From Bacteroidales bacterium (GTDB lineage Bacteria; Bacteroidota; Bacteroidia; Bacteroidales; P3), in assembly GCA_017958525.1 (NCBI GenBank), contig JAGDCN010000107.1, positions 1 through 57,127 of the forward strand: a DNA stretch of 57,127 bases. The letters run 5' to 3'. How positions within the stretch are numbered: the stretch's first letter is position 1; each line of letters begins with the position of its first letter. Under the pieces are notes generated by a model. It searched no databases. It was not told where the DNA came from and was given only the letters and a program-made list of their open reading frames with translations. Positions 47,494-56,794 of the stretch are shown in pieces. Position numbers and translations under genes: made by a program.

Positions 47494-48914
47494 AACGCTT
47501 TATCCGCATACTTTCCTGCACGCTTGCTTTGGTTGCCATAGCAATGACGAACAATGCTAATGCACAGAGCAACATTATGTATGGCTCATCGCGCAACCCG
47601 CTGATGAACTCGGCCAATCCCGCATTCTTCCCCAGCCACGCTCGTGCATACCTTGCCCTGCCTAATGTCAACTTCAACCTGTCGAGTCCATTGGCATACT
47701 CGAGCATTTTCAACTATGACTCTGTCGAACAACGCACTTTTATCAATGCCAACAAGATCCTCGACAGTCTCTCGAACGGCGAGCAGATGCGTCTCGGAAC
47801 CAATATCCACGCTTTGGGATTGGGTATTGACTTCGGTAAGTTCTTCCTCACACTCTCCGCACAGGCGAAAGTGGATTTCGGCTTCGGTATGCCTAAAGGA
47901 CTTGTCACTTTCATCAATGATGGTAACTATAACCACACAGGCGACGATGTCATTGAACTGCTGGACGGCAACCTGATTGGTGCTCGCGTCTATGGAGAAG
48001 GAGCCCTTGGATTCGGCATTCGCCTGAACGATTACCTGACTGTTGGCGCACGTGTCAAAATGCTGCTTGGCTATTTGGACCTCTCAAATGCTGGTTCGTC
48101 GCTGACGATGACAACAGCTCCAGACTATTCGTCGTTGAGAGCGGATATGAACCTGAATATGAACTACACTTCGGCTATAGATATCACCACCGACACAAAT
48201 ACAAACCAGACTTCGGCCACTGTGCGCACATATATGCCCAAAAACCTTGGAATTAATTTCGACCTTGGTGCTCGCTATGCAACCGACCTGTTCGAGGTAT
48301 CGGCCAGCATTGTCGATCTCGGTCCTGGCATCCATTGGACTGACGGCATTAAACGTATTGTATCGGCTCGCGACGACAACTCGTTCACTTTCACCGGTGT
48401 TAATGTGAGCAATATAATGCAGGGCGGTACGCTCGACTCAAGCTACACGCAGGTACTTATCGACTCACTGACTGCTTTGGCAGAATACAAAACCATAGAC
48501 GGCGGCGATGCCTACTGGACAGCAATTCCCACCAAGGTGAATCTGGGTGGTATGCTCCACATTACCCCGGGCGTCAGTGCAGGACTGCTTTTCCACGGCG
48601 AATTCGACCGCGGATTAGTAAAAGTCGGCGATGTGTTCAAAACCAAAACCGTTGGTTTCTATAGCCGCACATCAGCGATAGCACGAGTCAACATCCACGA
48701 ATGGGTAGAGGTTGTGGCTTCGGCCTCGGTGCTAACCAACAATGGACACTGGAACTGGTTCAATCCTGGCATTGGTTTCACACTCACACCTTTCCGCGCA
48801 TTCCAGATTTATGCATTCCTTGACTATATTTCGAATTTCTACGTCATCGACGCAAAAGAGGTTAACCTCTCCGTTGGTCTCAACCTATTCTTTGGCAGCG
48901 GTTCGACTTATTAA
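47490..48914 (+). CDS. Putative outer-membrane beta-barrel protein (PorP/SprF- or TraF-like N-terminus)
   Basis: 474 aa. Signal peptide ending ANAQ, then SNIMYGSSRNPLMNSANPAFF (compare the QY..N....NPAY start of PorP/SprF). Alternating hydrophobic beta-strand patterns and an aromatic C-terminus (GSGSTY). Confidence 0.6.
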   Translation: MKRFIRILSCTLALVAIAMTNNANAQSNIMYGSSRNPLMNSANPAFFPSHARAYLALPNVNFNLSSPLAYSSIFNYDSVEQRTFINANKILDSLSNGEQMRLGTNIHALGLGIDFGKFFLTLSAQAKVDFGFGMPKGLVTFINDGNYNHTGDDVIELLDGNLIGARVYGEGALGFGIRLNDYLTVGARVKMLLGYLDLSNAGSSLTMTTAPDYSSLRADMNLNMNYTSAIDITTDTNTNQTSATVRTYMPKNLGINFDLGARYATDLFEVSASIVDLGPGIHWTDGIKRIVSARDDNSFTFTGVNVSNIMQGGTLDSSYTQVLIDSLTALAEYKTIDGGDAYWTAIPTKVNLGGMLHITPGVSAGLLFHGEFDRGLVKVGDVFKTKTVGFYSRTSAIARVNIHEWVEVVASASVLTNNGHWNWFNPGIGFTLTPFRAFQIYAFLDYISNFYVIDAKEVNLSVGLNLFFGSGSTY

Positions 48915-48964
48915 TGATTCCGAAATAAAGGATTTTAGGGTTTAAAAGTATAAATGCTAAAGAT

Positions 48965-49336
48965 ATGAATAGGACTGTTGCGCTTGCCATTATGGCGATT
49001 GTTGCATTGTGCGGTGCTTGCAACCGCGATATCGACGAGTTCCATTTTACTGGAACAGTTGTTGATGGCGAGCTCTGCTCGTCATCGCAGATTGGATACG
49101 TCATTGACATTCATACGCCAGACAGCATCGGCAATCCTTTTACCTCTTCGGGCATTAGCTGCCAAAACGCTGTGATGGCATACCGTGCCCCGCAAATCCT
49201 GCACTATGGTGACACCATCGAGGGGGTGGCATACCTTACTGAAAGTTATGCTGCCCTTAACTGCTTTGGTGTCATCGACAATGACCTGCCCGAAATAATA
49301 TTGCTTTCCATTGATAAGATTCACAGTAGCAATTAA
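48965..49336 (+). CDS. Small Cys-containing lipoprotein, hypothetical
   Basis: 123 aa with lipobox LCGAC and three further Cys. I recognised no family. Confidence 0.55.
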   Translation: MNRTVALAIMAIVALCGACNRDIDEFHFTGTVVDGELCSSSQIGYVIDIHTPDSIGNPFTSSGISCQNAVMAYRAPQILHYGDTIEGVAYLTESYAALNCFGVIDNDLPEIILLSIDKIHSSN

Positions 49337-49340
49337 TTAT

Positions 49341-49348
49341 TAGTTTTG
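49341..49348 (+). promoter_or_regulatory. -7 promoter box (TAGTTTTG) for der
   Basis: Exact TAnnTTTG match, 26 nt upstream of GTG 49374. Confidence 0.45.
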
Positions 49349-49373
49349 AATTTTAATCTTTCATTTTTTATAA

Positions 49374-50681
49374 GTGTCTAACATAGTAGCTATAGTGGGA
49401 CGCCCAAATGTGGGCAAATCAACTCTCTTCAACCGACTTATCGAAGAACGTAAAGCCATTGTCGATGAAACTTCGGGCGTGACGCGCGACCGCCAATACG
49501 GCCATTCCGACTGGAACGGCAAACATTTTTCTGTTATCGACACCGGCGGATATGTAATGGGTGGCGATGACGAATTTGAAATAGAAATCCGCAAACAAGT
49601 AGCCCTTGCAATTGACGAGGCCGATGTAATTCTCTTTCTGGTCGATGCCAAGGAAGGGTTGACCCCGATGGACGAAGATGTCGCTGATATGTTGCGACGC
49701 TGCAAGAAAAAAGTGATGCTGGTCGTCAACAAATGCGACACTCCAGCACGTCAGGAGACTATCGGCGAATTCTATGCCCTCGGTCTCGGCGAAATATATC
49801 CAATTGCCGGCATCACTGGAAGCGGCACAGGCGATTTGCTGGATGCTGTCGTCGCCGACTTTGAAGAAGGCGAAGAAGAGAACGACGACCACCTGCCGCG
49901 CATCGCCGTGGTGGGCCGCCCAAATGTTGGCAAGTCATCGTTTATCAACGCCATTACAGGTCAAGAGCGTAACATAGTGACTCCCATCGCCGGAACGACG
50001 CGCGATTCTATCCTGACACACTACAATCTTTTCGGATTTGACTTCAATTTTGTAGATACTGCCGGACTTCGCAAAAAACAAAAAGTCAGTGAAGATCTTG
50101 AATTCTACTCAGTGTTGCGCTCGGTGCGTGCTATCGAAGCCTGCGACGTATGTATTCTGATGCTCGACGCATCACAAGGTATCGAACAGCAGGATCTCAA
50201 CATATTCGGACTTATCCAGCGCAACCACAAGGGTGTCGTTGTTGTGGTGAACAAATGGGATCTTGTCGAAAAGGACAACAATACGCACAAAGACTTTGAA
50301 AATCTTATCCGCGAGCGCATTGCACCCTTCGACGACGTGCCTATCATATTCACTTCTGTCATCAATAAGCAGCGCATTTATAAAGTACTTGAAACCGCTC
50401 GTCAGGTATATGCGGCTCGCAGCCGCAAGATCAGCACCTCGGAACTGAATGACACTATGCTTCCCATCGTAAAGGAACAGAATCCTCCACCCAGCGTCAA
50501 AGGCAAATGGATAAAAATCAAATATATCACCCAGTTGCCTACCCCCTACCCACAATTTGTGTTTTTCTGCAACCTGCCTCAATACGTCCGCGACCCCTAC
50601 CGTCGCTATGTTGAAAACCGTATGCGCGAACTTTGGGACTTCCACGGTGTACCGATAAACATCTACTTCCGAGCCAAATAA
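49374..50681 (+). CDS. der: Ribosome-biogenesis GTPase Der (EngA)
   Basis: 435 aa with two tandem G domains ([12 protein letters not shown] and [12 protein letters not shown]) and a KH-like C-terminus. The start codon is GTG. Confidence 0.95.
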   Translation: MSNIVAIVGRPNVGKSTLFNRLIEERKAIVDETSGVTRDRQYGHSDWNGKHFSVIDTGGYVMGGDDEFEIEIRKQVALAIDEADVILFLVDAKEGLTPMDEDVADMLRRCKKKVMLVVNKCDTPARQETIGEFYALGLGEIYPIAGITGSGTGDLLDAVVADFEEGEEENDDHLPRIAVVGRPNVGKSSFINAITGQERNIVTPIAGTTRDSILTHYNLFGFDFNFVDTAGLRKKQKVSEDLEFYSVLRSVRAIEACDVCILMLDASQGIEQQDLNIFGLIQRNHKGVVVVVNKWDLVEKDNNTHKDFENLIRERIAPFDDVPIIFTSVINKQRIYKVLETARQVYAARSRKISTSELNDTMLPIVKEQNPPPSVKGKWIKIKYITQLPTPYPQFVFFCNLPQYVRDPYRRYVENRMRELWDFHGVPINIYFRAK

Positions 50682-50738
50682 TTGTTTTGGAACCCCTCAT
50701 CTGTCTATTCAAACTTCACTTGTCACAATTCACAAACA

Positions 50739-51113
50739 ATGAACGATATCCGCATCGACAAATACCTGTGGGCCGTTCGCCTTTTCAAGACCCGCAGCAT
50801 CGCTACCGATGCCTGCCGTTCGGGACGTGTCAAAATGAACGGAACACCAGTCAAGGCGTCGCACGAAATCAGTGTTGGTGAAATATACGAACTCAATATT
50901 GACCAAACACATCGCACTGTGCAGGTCAAAGAAATGCTAGGTAACCGCGTAGGTGCCAAGTTGGTGGAAAACTATTTGACCGACCTCACCCCCCCTGAAG
51001 AATACGAGCGCATACAGATGGTACGCCAATATGGTTTCGAAAAACGCGACCGCGGTAGCGGCCGACCGACCAAACGCGACCGCCGCGAAATAGAGGAGTT
51101 TAAATACAAATAA
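50739..51113 (+). CDS. Hsp15-like S4-domain RNA-binding protein
   Basis: Start trimmed to MNDIRIDKYLWAVRLFKTRSIATDACRSGRVKMNG (S4 domain). The C-terminal tail is basic. Confidence 0.8.
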   Translation: MNDIRIDKYLWAVRLFKTRSIATDACRSGRVKMNGTPVKASHEISVGEIYELNIDQTHRTVQVKEMLGNRVGAKLVENYLTDLTPPEEYERIQMVRQYGFEKRDRGSGRPTKRDRREIEEFKYK

Positions 51114-51221
51114 CAACTGCTACACCAGGATTGTTTTTGTGTCGGATTTGTTACCCGCATAAAAAGTATAGATACAAAAACTAAGGGCATACTACTTGCA
51201 TATAACAGCAATAAAAACAAT

Positions 51222-51250
51222 AAAACAACCGTAGAATCTACGGTTGTTTT
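51222..51250. terminator. Bidirectional intrinsic terminator
   Basis: AAAACAACCGTAG-aat-CTACGGTTGTTTT, with an A-run before and a T-run after. It lies between convergent genes. Confidence 0.8.
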
Positions 51251-51265
51251 ATTGTTGTGCATAAA

Positions 51266-51895
51266 TTAGAATTTCAGACGTATGCTTGCAGCCGGAACAA
51301 ATGAAATACCACGCCCGATCAAGGGTTCTGTTTGGATTGTTGGAATAATTTCAGGAGAAATGTTAAGCGTCAAATCATCTGTGATTTGGAAATCATACAG
51401 GTGTCCAAATACATAAGCATCAAGCAGATTTAAACCGTAAATTGCTGTTGCAATGATAATTGAGAGCTGGAAAGTTTTGTTGTAGTCTTCGTAAAGGTTG
51501 TATATATTTGATCTGGTATTATTAGCTATATCTGGATCGTCAGGATGTAAAGTCGCGTCGTTGTTATTCACACGGTACAGATATTCCTCTTTGTACAGTT
51601 TCATCTGCGTATAGTTGTTGTAGGTGTAGTAGGCCACACCACCCAATCCTACATAGATAATAGGGATTTTCCACGCCTGACCGTTATAAACCTGTCCTGC
51701 GCCAGGCAGAACAGCCGAAAGAATAAGAGCTTTTTTGGCACTGTGCGGCTTTTCCATTTCCATTTTGTGTACCGTAGCCTCCAGTTTGCCCTGCTGTACG
51801 GACAATAGGCTGTCGCTCTGCGCTTTGATAGCATTAAAAGAGGAAACACAAAAAAGAGTAAGGAACAAAAGCCCTACTCTTTTTATTTTATTCAT
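51266..51895 (-). CDS. DUF5683-like signal-peptide/membrane protein downstream of parB
   Basis: I prefer the ATG giving MNKIKRVGLLFLTLFCVSSFNAIKAQ. LSAVLPGAGQVYNGQAWKIPIIY matches my recollection of DUF5683, which typically follows parB in Bacteroidetes. Confidence 0.6.
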   Translation of the reverse strand: MNKIKRVGLLFLTLFCVSSFNAIKAQSDSLLSVQQGKLEATVHKMEMEKPHSAKKALILSAVLPGAGQVYNGQAWKIPIIYVGLGGVAYYTYNNYTQMKLYKEEYLYRVNNNDATLHPDDPDIANNTRSNIYNLYEDYNKTFQLSIIIATAIYGLNLLDAYVFGHLYDFQITDDLTLNISPEIIPTIQTEPLIGRGISFVPAASIRLKF

Positions 51896-51919
51896 ATTTA
51901 AATAGTAGCTAATCACTGT

Positions 51920-52804
51920 TTACTTCTCGATCAGCTTGATGATACGCTCGAAATCCTTGTCGCTGTTGAAATGTATTGTCAGTGTGCCCTTGCCGCGACG
52001 ACTGCGTTTGATATCTACTTCCGACTGAAGGTACTGCTTCAATGCCGATCTCGAGGCAGCGTGTATCTCAGGAAGGTCTTCCTTGCGTCGGGGCAATACA
52101 ACTGGTTTTGGCTTGGCCATTTCCTTAACCATCTGCTCCGTTTGGCGCACCGATAGCTGTTTGTTGATGATATCGTGCAGCATAGCCAGATGAGTTTCAG
52201 TGTCTTCAACGTTCACCAGACAGCGTGCGTGGGCCATACTGATTTGGTCGGTGCTCAACGCCAACTGTGTTTCGGACGGAAGGCTCAACAAACGCAGATA
52301 GTTGGTGATGGTCGAGCGGTTCTTGCCAACTTTTTCGCTCAGCTGCTCGTGTGTCAGTTGGCACTCTTCGATAAGTGCTTTATAGGAGAAAGCAATTTCC
52401 ATTGCGTTAAGGTTCTCGCGCTGAATATTTTCCACAAGAGCCATCTCCATCATCTGCGTGTCGGTGGCGATGCGGATATAGGCTGGTATCTCTTTTAGTC
52501 CGGCCTGCTGCGACGCTCTGAAGCGGCGTTCGCCAGCAATGAGCTGGTATTTGCCGTCGGGCATCTGTCGCACCGTTATGGGTGTTATAACCCCCTGCTG
52601 ACAGATGGATTGCGCAAGCTCATCAAGGGCTTCCTGGTCGAAATCCTTGCGTGGCTGAAAGGGATTGGCTTCTATTTGGCTGAGAGGAATGGTTGTAATG
52701 GCAGTGGTAAGGTTGCTCTTGCCCATCGCCGCATCAATATCGACATCGGGCAGTATGGAACCAAGTCCGCGTCCCAGTCCTGAAGTTTTTTTCTTGGTAG
52801 TCAT
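51920..52804 (-). CDS. parB: Chromosome partitioning protein ParB/Spo0J
   Basis: GLGRGLGSIL, NPFQPRKDFD, ITPITVR and GERRFRAS motifs plus an HTH. The start could instead be GTG at 52828, which overlaps the parA stop. Confidence 0.9.
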   Translation of the reverse strand: MTTKKKTSGLGRGLGSILPDVDIDAAMGKSNLTTAITTIPLSQIEANPFQPRKDFDQEALDELAQSICQQGVITPITVRQMPDGKYQLIAGERRFRASQQAGLKEIPAYIRIATDTQMMEMALVENIQRENLNAMEIAFSYKALIEECQLTHEQLSEKVGKNRSTITNYLRLLSLPSETQLALSTDQISMAHARCLVNVEDTETHLAMLHDIINKQLSVRQTEQMVKEMAKPKPVVLPRRKEDLPEIHAASRSALKQYLQSEVDIKRSRRGKGTLTIHFNSDKDFERIIKLIEK

Positions 52805-52824
52805 AACGTTGTCTCTTTCTTTTC

Positions 52825-53613
52825 TCACTTGTGTCTTCTGGTTTTTTCCATTCCGTTACGGCGCAGTATCTCGTTGGCCAGGTTCAAGTAGTTGATAGCT
52901 CCCGAGCAAGTGGCGTCGTGCATAATAATCGAGCGACCATAGCTTGGTGCTTCTGCCAACTTGGTATTGCGATAGATGAGTGTATCGAAGACCATCTGTT
53001 TGAAATGGCTGCGCACATCCTCAACCACCTGGCGAGCCAGACGCAGACGCGAGTCATACATAGTAATCAGCAGACCTTCGATTGATAGTTTGGGGTTGAG
53101 TCGTGTCTGGACAATGCGAATAGTGTTCAAGAGTTTGCCCAAACCCTCAAGGGCAAAATACTCACTTTGTATCGGAATAATGACCGAATCCGACGCTGTG
53201 AGGGCGTTGATAGTGATGAGACCAAGTGAGGGCGAGCAGTCGATGATGATAAAATCGTAGTCATTGCGAATAGGTTCCAATGCTTTGGAAATGTAGAATT
53301 CACGTTGCTTTTCGTTCACCAGGTCTATTTCGGCGCCCACCAGGTCGATACGGGTTGGCAGCAAAAAAAGGTTGGGCGTTTCAGTCTCAACGATACAGTC
53401 TTTGGTCGCAACCTGTCCCAAGAAGCATTCGTATGCACTTTGCTCTACAGTTTCGGGGTTTATACCGAGTCCCGATGTAGCATTAGCCTGTGGGTCGGCA
53501 TCAATCAGCAGCACCTTGTATTCCAGCACAGCCAACGACGCAGAAAGATTGGTGGCAGTGGTAGTTTTGCCCACCCCACCCTTTTGGTTGGCTATCGAAA
53601 TGATTTTACCCAT
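52825..53613 (-). CDS. parA: Chromosome partitioning ATPase ParA/Soj
   Basis: 262 aa with the deviant Walker A NQKGGVGKTTTA. Confidence 0.95.
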   Translation of the reverse strand: MGKIISIANQKGGVGKTTTATNLSASLAVLEYKVLLIDADPQANATSGLGINPETVEQSAYECFLGQVATKDCIVETETPNLFLLPTRIDLVGAEIDLVNEKQREFYISKALEPIRNDYDFIIIDCSPSLGLITINALTASDSVIIPIQSEYFALEGLGKLLNTIRIVQTRLNPKLSIEGLLITMYDSRLRLARQVVEDVRSHFKQMVFDTLIYRNTKLAEAPSYGRSIIMHDATCSGAINYLNLANEILRRNGMEKTRRHK

Positions 53614-53656
53614 AGTTATGGATGTTCCTTTAGATGTTTGTCAGACCTTTAGGTCT

Positions 53657-53995
53657 TTAAATTTTGAAAATATCCTCGATTTCATCGTTGGCAGAACCTG
53701 TAGTGCTTTCTACAGAATCAGCATCGTCTTCAGGTATGATTCCTGTTTCGATGAAAGAAATGGCATTATTAAGGCCTTTCTGGAACTTTTCGAAATCCTC
53801 CTTGTAGAGGAACATCTTGTTTTTCTCAAAATAGAAATTTCCGGTGTTATTGTCAAAAAGCTTGCGGCTTTCAGCAATAACGATGAATTTGTCGCCACCG
53901 CGTGTTTCCTTCACGTCAAAGAAATACTTACGCTTGCCCGCACTAATGGACTGTGAATACAACTCTTCTTTCGTTCTGTTACTGTTAGAATCCAT
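53657..53995 (-). CDS. PUR-alpha-like nucleic-acid-binding protein (DUF3276-like)
   Basis: 112 aa. LYSQSISAGKRKYFFDVKETRGGDKFIVIAESRK is the PUR-repeat pattern of DUF3276. Confidence 0.7.
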   Translation of the reverse strand: MDSNSNRTKEELYSQSISAGKRKYFFDVKETRGGDKFIVIAESRKLFDNNTGNFYFEKNKMFLYKEDFEKFQKGLNNAISFIETGIIPEDDADSVESTTGSANDEIEDIFKI

Positions 53996-54021
53996 ATCTT
54001 TATTTATTAAATTTGAATTGG

Positions 54022-54029
54022 CAAAATTA
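54022..54029 (-). promoter_or_regulatory. -7 promoter box (TAATTTTG) for the PUR-like gene (and possibly parAB)
   Basis: Exact TAnnTTTG match, 27 nt upstream of ATG 53995. Confidence 0.5.
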
Positions 54030-54080
54030 CAGTTTTTTTTTGGAATACTTTCTTTAGGCCCAAAATTTTTATCAACAAGT

Positions 54081-55358
54081 CTAGTTTTGCTTATGCGTCA
54101 TAATATCAAGCACAATGTCGTCAGTCTGGTCCATTCCCTCGTTGCCCAATCGACCCAAATTGCGAATAGAGAAGTCGATATCCTTTTCCGAAAGGCCATC
54201 GCAGGCATCCACAACCTTGTCGTGCAAAGCAAGCTCGGCGCTGACAAACGCGCTGTAAAGTCCCGTGGACATCTTTAGCGCACACGACGGTTTGGCGCCA
54301 TCGCAGACCATACCTGCCAACGTGTTGATCATATTCTTGATTGCATAACACACCTGATCGTAATTACCACCGTGCAAGTAGGTTATGCCCGAAGAAACAC
54401 CTATCGATGCGTTGACAATGCCGCACAAAGCCGACAACCTTCCAATGCCTCGCTTGATGTAGATGGAAGTAAGATGGCTGAGTATCAATGCCCTTGTCAC
54501 CTGTTCTTCACTCGATCCTTTTGCGCGACCATATTCATAGACGGGCAACGTGCAGGCAATACCCTGATTACCGCTGCCGCTGTTGCTATAGACAGGCAGG
54601 GTGCATCCGTCCATACGGGCATCCGATGCAGCGACAGTACGGGCAATAACCGTATGTACAATGTCACCGTCGGCGTTTTCCATCAGTATTCGTCCCGTGT
54701 TAAGGCCATACCCCTTCAACCCCTCGTTGGCAGCGGCGGTGTTCAACTCAACCGTTTCGCGAATAAACTGAAGTTCTTCAATGGGTGCCGTGGTAGCATA
54801 ATCATAAACGATGCGTTCAGACAGACAGGGGTCGCTGCAACAGTCGTTTTCGCCATTGGCGACACACTTCTCGTTGTCAAGCAACACCTTGTCGTTCTTT
54901 GCAATATAGATAAAATTTGTGTGCCGCTTGGAAATGATTGCCGTTGCAGTGTCACTGCCCTTCGAACAAATGCATTCGATATATAGTTTGTCCTCACACC
55001 GCTCTTTCAAACCTATTTTGATGCTTCCGCCATTGTTGGCAAGCCACACCTTGGCCGTCTCGACATCGTTGGCAGGCACCGTAAGCACCTCAAGTTGGCG
55101 ATTCGATTCGCCCGCAGTCAAAGCAATGGCAACAGCGATAGGCAATCCAATCATTCCTGTACCGGGAATACCCACGCCCATAGCGTTTTTAAAGACGTTC
55201 TTGCTGAGCAACAGCTCAGTACGGTCGGGCATAAAGCCCAGCGTTTCACGTGCTTTGGCAACAGCAAGAGCGACAGCACCGGGTTCGGTACATCCTGTCG
55301 CCACAACTACCTCGCGCTGAATCAATTCGCGAATTTGCTTACGGATACATTCGTCCAT
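54081..55358 (-). CDS. UPF0597 / L-cysteine-desulfidase-like (serine dehydratase alpha-like) protein
   Basis: Start trimmed to MDECIRKQIRELIQREVVVATGCTEPGAVALAVAKA. The track extension up to 55424 would run through the upstream terminator hairpin. Confidence 0.75.
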   Translation of the reverse strand: MDECIRKQIRELIQREVVVATGCTEPGAVALAVAKARETLGFMPDRTELLLSKNVFKNAMGVGIPGTGMIGLPIAVAIALTAGESNRQLEVLTVPANDVETAKVWLANNGGSIKIGLKERCEDKLYIECICSKGSDTATAIISKRHTNFIYIAKNDKVLLDNEKCVANGENDCCSDPCLSERIVYDYATTAPIEELQFIRETVELNTAAANEGLKGYGLNTGRILMENADGDIVHTVIARTVAASDARMDGCTLPVYSNSGSGNQGIACTLPVYEYGRAKGSSEEQVTRALILSHLTSIYIKRGIGRLSALCGIVNASIGVSSGITYLHGGNYDQVCYAIKNMINTLAGMVCDGAKPSCALKMSTGLYSAFVSAELALHDKVVDACDGLSEKDIDFSIRNLGRLGNEGMDQTDDIVLDIMTHKQN

Positions 55359-55400
55359 AAAGGTGTATTTGAAAAGTAAAAACTGATAATTGACAGTCAA

Positions 55401-55430
55401 TGACCGGTGGCAACAATGTGCCACCGGTCA
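55401..55430 (-). terminator. Terminator hairpin after the deoxyhypusine-synthase-like gene
   Basis: TGACCGGTGGCA-N6-TGCCACCGGTCA, a perfect 12-bp GC-rich stem 11 nt after the stop codon. The U tract is weak. Confidence 0.6.
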
Positions 55431-55440
55431 TCAATCATAA

Positions 55441-56478
55441 TTATTTTTCGAAAAGACGCTGCCAGTTCTTGTACTCGCGTTCACGCCAGGGACCATTATG
55501 ATAAACATACGAAGCTATCATCGGGATAACTGTAGTACCTTCGGCATAAACCATTTGCTGCAGTTCTTCGCTCACCTTTCCCCAGCTGCCGGCTTCGAGC
55601 AATGTCGATGACGAGCAGGCGCCGTCACGCACGTCGGCAACGGTGATCTGGATTGCATACTTATGCATCGGGACCTCGTGACCGAGGATTTCAGCGCAAA
55701 CGACGGTGTCTTGTGCAAAATTCTTCGGAGTGCCGCCACCGACCATAAAGAGACCAGTTTCGGGACAAGACATCTTGATCTTTGTCAGTTCGATGAAATC
55801 GCACACCGAATCGATGCTGAGATAAGGTTTACCTTCATTGGCACGCATCCACTGGTGTTTGCCGATGCCGAAACCTGCCGAGCAGTCGGAGAAAGCGGGA
55901 CAGAAAATAGGCACGCCACACTCGTAGCAAGTCTGGATGAGACTGTCTTTTTTCACAGCGCGACCGTTGTGCAGCCATTTGCCAAGTTCATAGATAAACT
56001 CGCGCGAGCTGTAGGGGCGAGCCTCAAGCATATTTGCCAATTCATAGGTGGCATTGTCGCAAGCCTGCAGTTCCTCTTCGTCGATAAAAGTGTCATATAT
56101 GCGGTCAATGTAGAGTTCACGCAGTTTTGTGTCGGGGATGACATTCTCTTTTGTTCCGATATAGTGCTTGAAACCGAGGGCTTCAAAGAGGTCCATATCG
56201 ATAATCGAAGCTCCGGTCGAGACAACAACATCTACCATTTTGTTTTTAACCATATCGACATAAACCTGCATACATCCGGCTGCCGAAGTGGAACCGGCAA
56301 TGGTGAGGATGTTGGTGCATTCCTTTTCGGCGCACATTTTCATCAATATGTCGGCAGCGCGGGCAGTATCACGGCTCGTGAACGACATATGACGCATTGC
56401 ATCAATCAGTTCTGTCGAGTTGTATTTCTTAATGTCAATGTGTTGAACGGTTTCTTTAAGAAGGTCCTTCTTTTCCAT
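55441..56478 (-). CDS. Deoxyhypusine synthase-like protein
   Basis: 345 aa. The overall pattern (ILTIAGSTSAAGCMQ, VVVSTGASIIDMD, MVGGGTPKNF) matches the DHS/homospermidine-synthase fold. Confidence 0.8.
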   Translation of the reverse strand: MEKKDLLKETVQHIDIKKYNSTELIDAMRHMSFTSRDTARAADILMKMCAEKECTNILTIAGSTSAAGCMQVYVDMVKNKMVDVVVSTGASIIDMDLFEALGFKHYIGTKENVIPDTKLRELYIDRIYDTFIDEEELQACDNATYELANMLEARPYSSREFIYELGKWLHNGRAVKKDSLIQTCYECGVPIFCPAFSDCSAGFGIGKHQWMRANEGKPYLSIDSVCDFIELTKIKMSCPETGLFMVGGGTPKNFAQDTVVCAEILGHEVPMHKYAIQITVADVRDGACSSSTLLEAGSWGKVSEELQQMVYAEGTTVIPMIASYVYHNGPWREREYKNWQRLFEK

Positions 56479-56563
56479 TTTGTGATAAATTAAATATGTA
56501 TTAATTATATTATATATTGAAATTCAAAAAATTGTCATTCCATCGGACAAATTGGAATAAATG

Positions 56564-56571
56564 CAAATTTA
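56564..56571 (-). promoter_or_regulatory. -7 promoter box (TAAATTTG) for the DHS-like gene
   Basis: Exact TAnnTTTG match, 86 nt upstream of ATG 56478. Confidence 0.5.
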
Positions 56572-56656
56572 CACATTTTTGTTGAATCGGCAAAATAAAA
56601 TTACACAATCTTGTTTTGAAAGATTCCAAACCGAAACCAAAACAAATCCTCAACTC

Positions 56657-56680
56657 AAAAAAAAGGGAAACAGCCTTCCC
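56657..56680 (-). terminator. Terminator-like hairpin with U8 (minus strand)
   Basis: Minus strand reads GGGAA-N6-TTCCC followed by T8. This suggests a minus-strand transcript coming from the right-hand edge region. Confidence 0.35.
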
Positions 56681-56750
56681 CGCCGGAGTAACGACACCTA
56701 AATTTATAACAAAAAAATGTTAAAATTTTAATTATATACTACAGAAGTAA

Positions 56751-56794
56751 AATTTGGGTAGAATTTAGTAAGAATTTGGGTAGAATTTGATAAG
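56751..56794 (+). repeat. 22-bp tandem duplication (AATTTGGGTAGAATTTAGTAAG / AATTTGGGTAGAATTTGATAAG)
   Basis: Read directly from the sequence; 20 of 22 positions are identical. Confidence 0.85.

Noticed and set aside
55663-56493. 276-aa plus-strand ORF
   Set aside because: It lies entirely antisense to the deoxyhypusine-synthase-like gene, whose translation carries recognisable family motifs. The plus-strand product is low-complexity and has no motifs, so it is a shadow ORF. The same reasoning applies to 8089-8745(-), 3650-4210(+), 33388-33918(+), 35559-36131(+), 54372-54986(+), 12455-12883(+) and 30433-31065(+).
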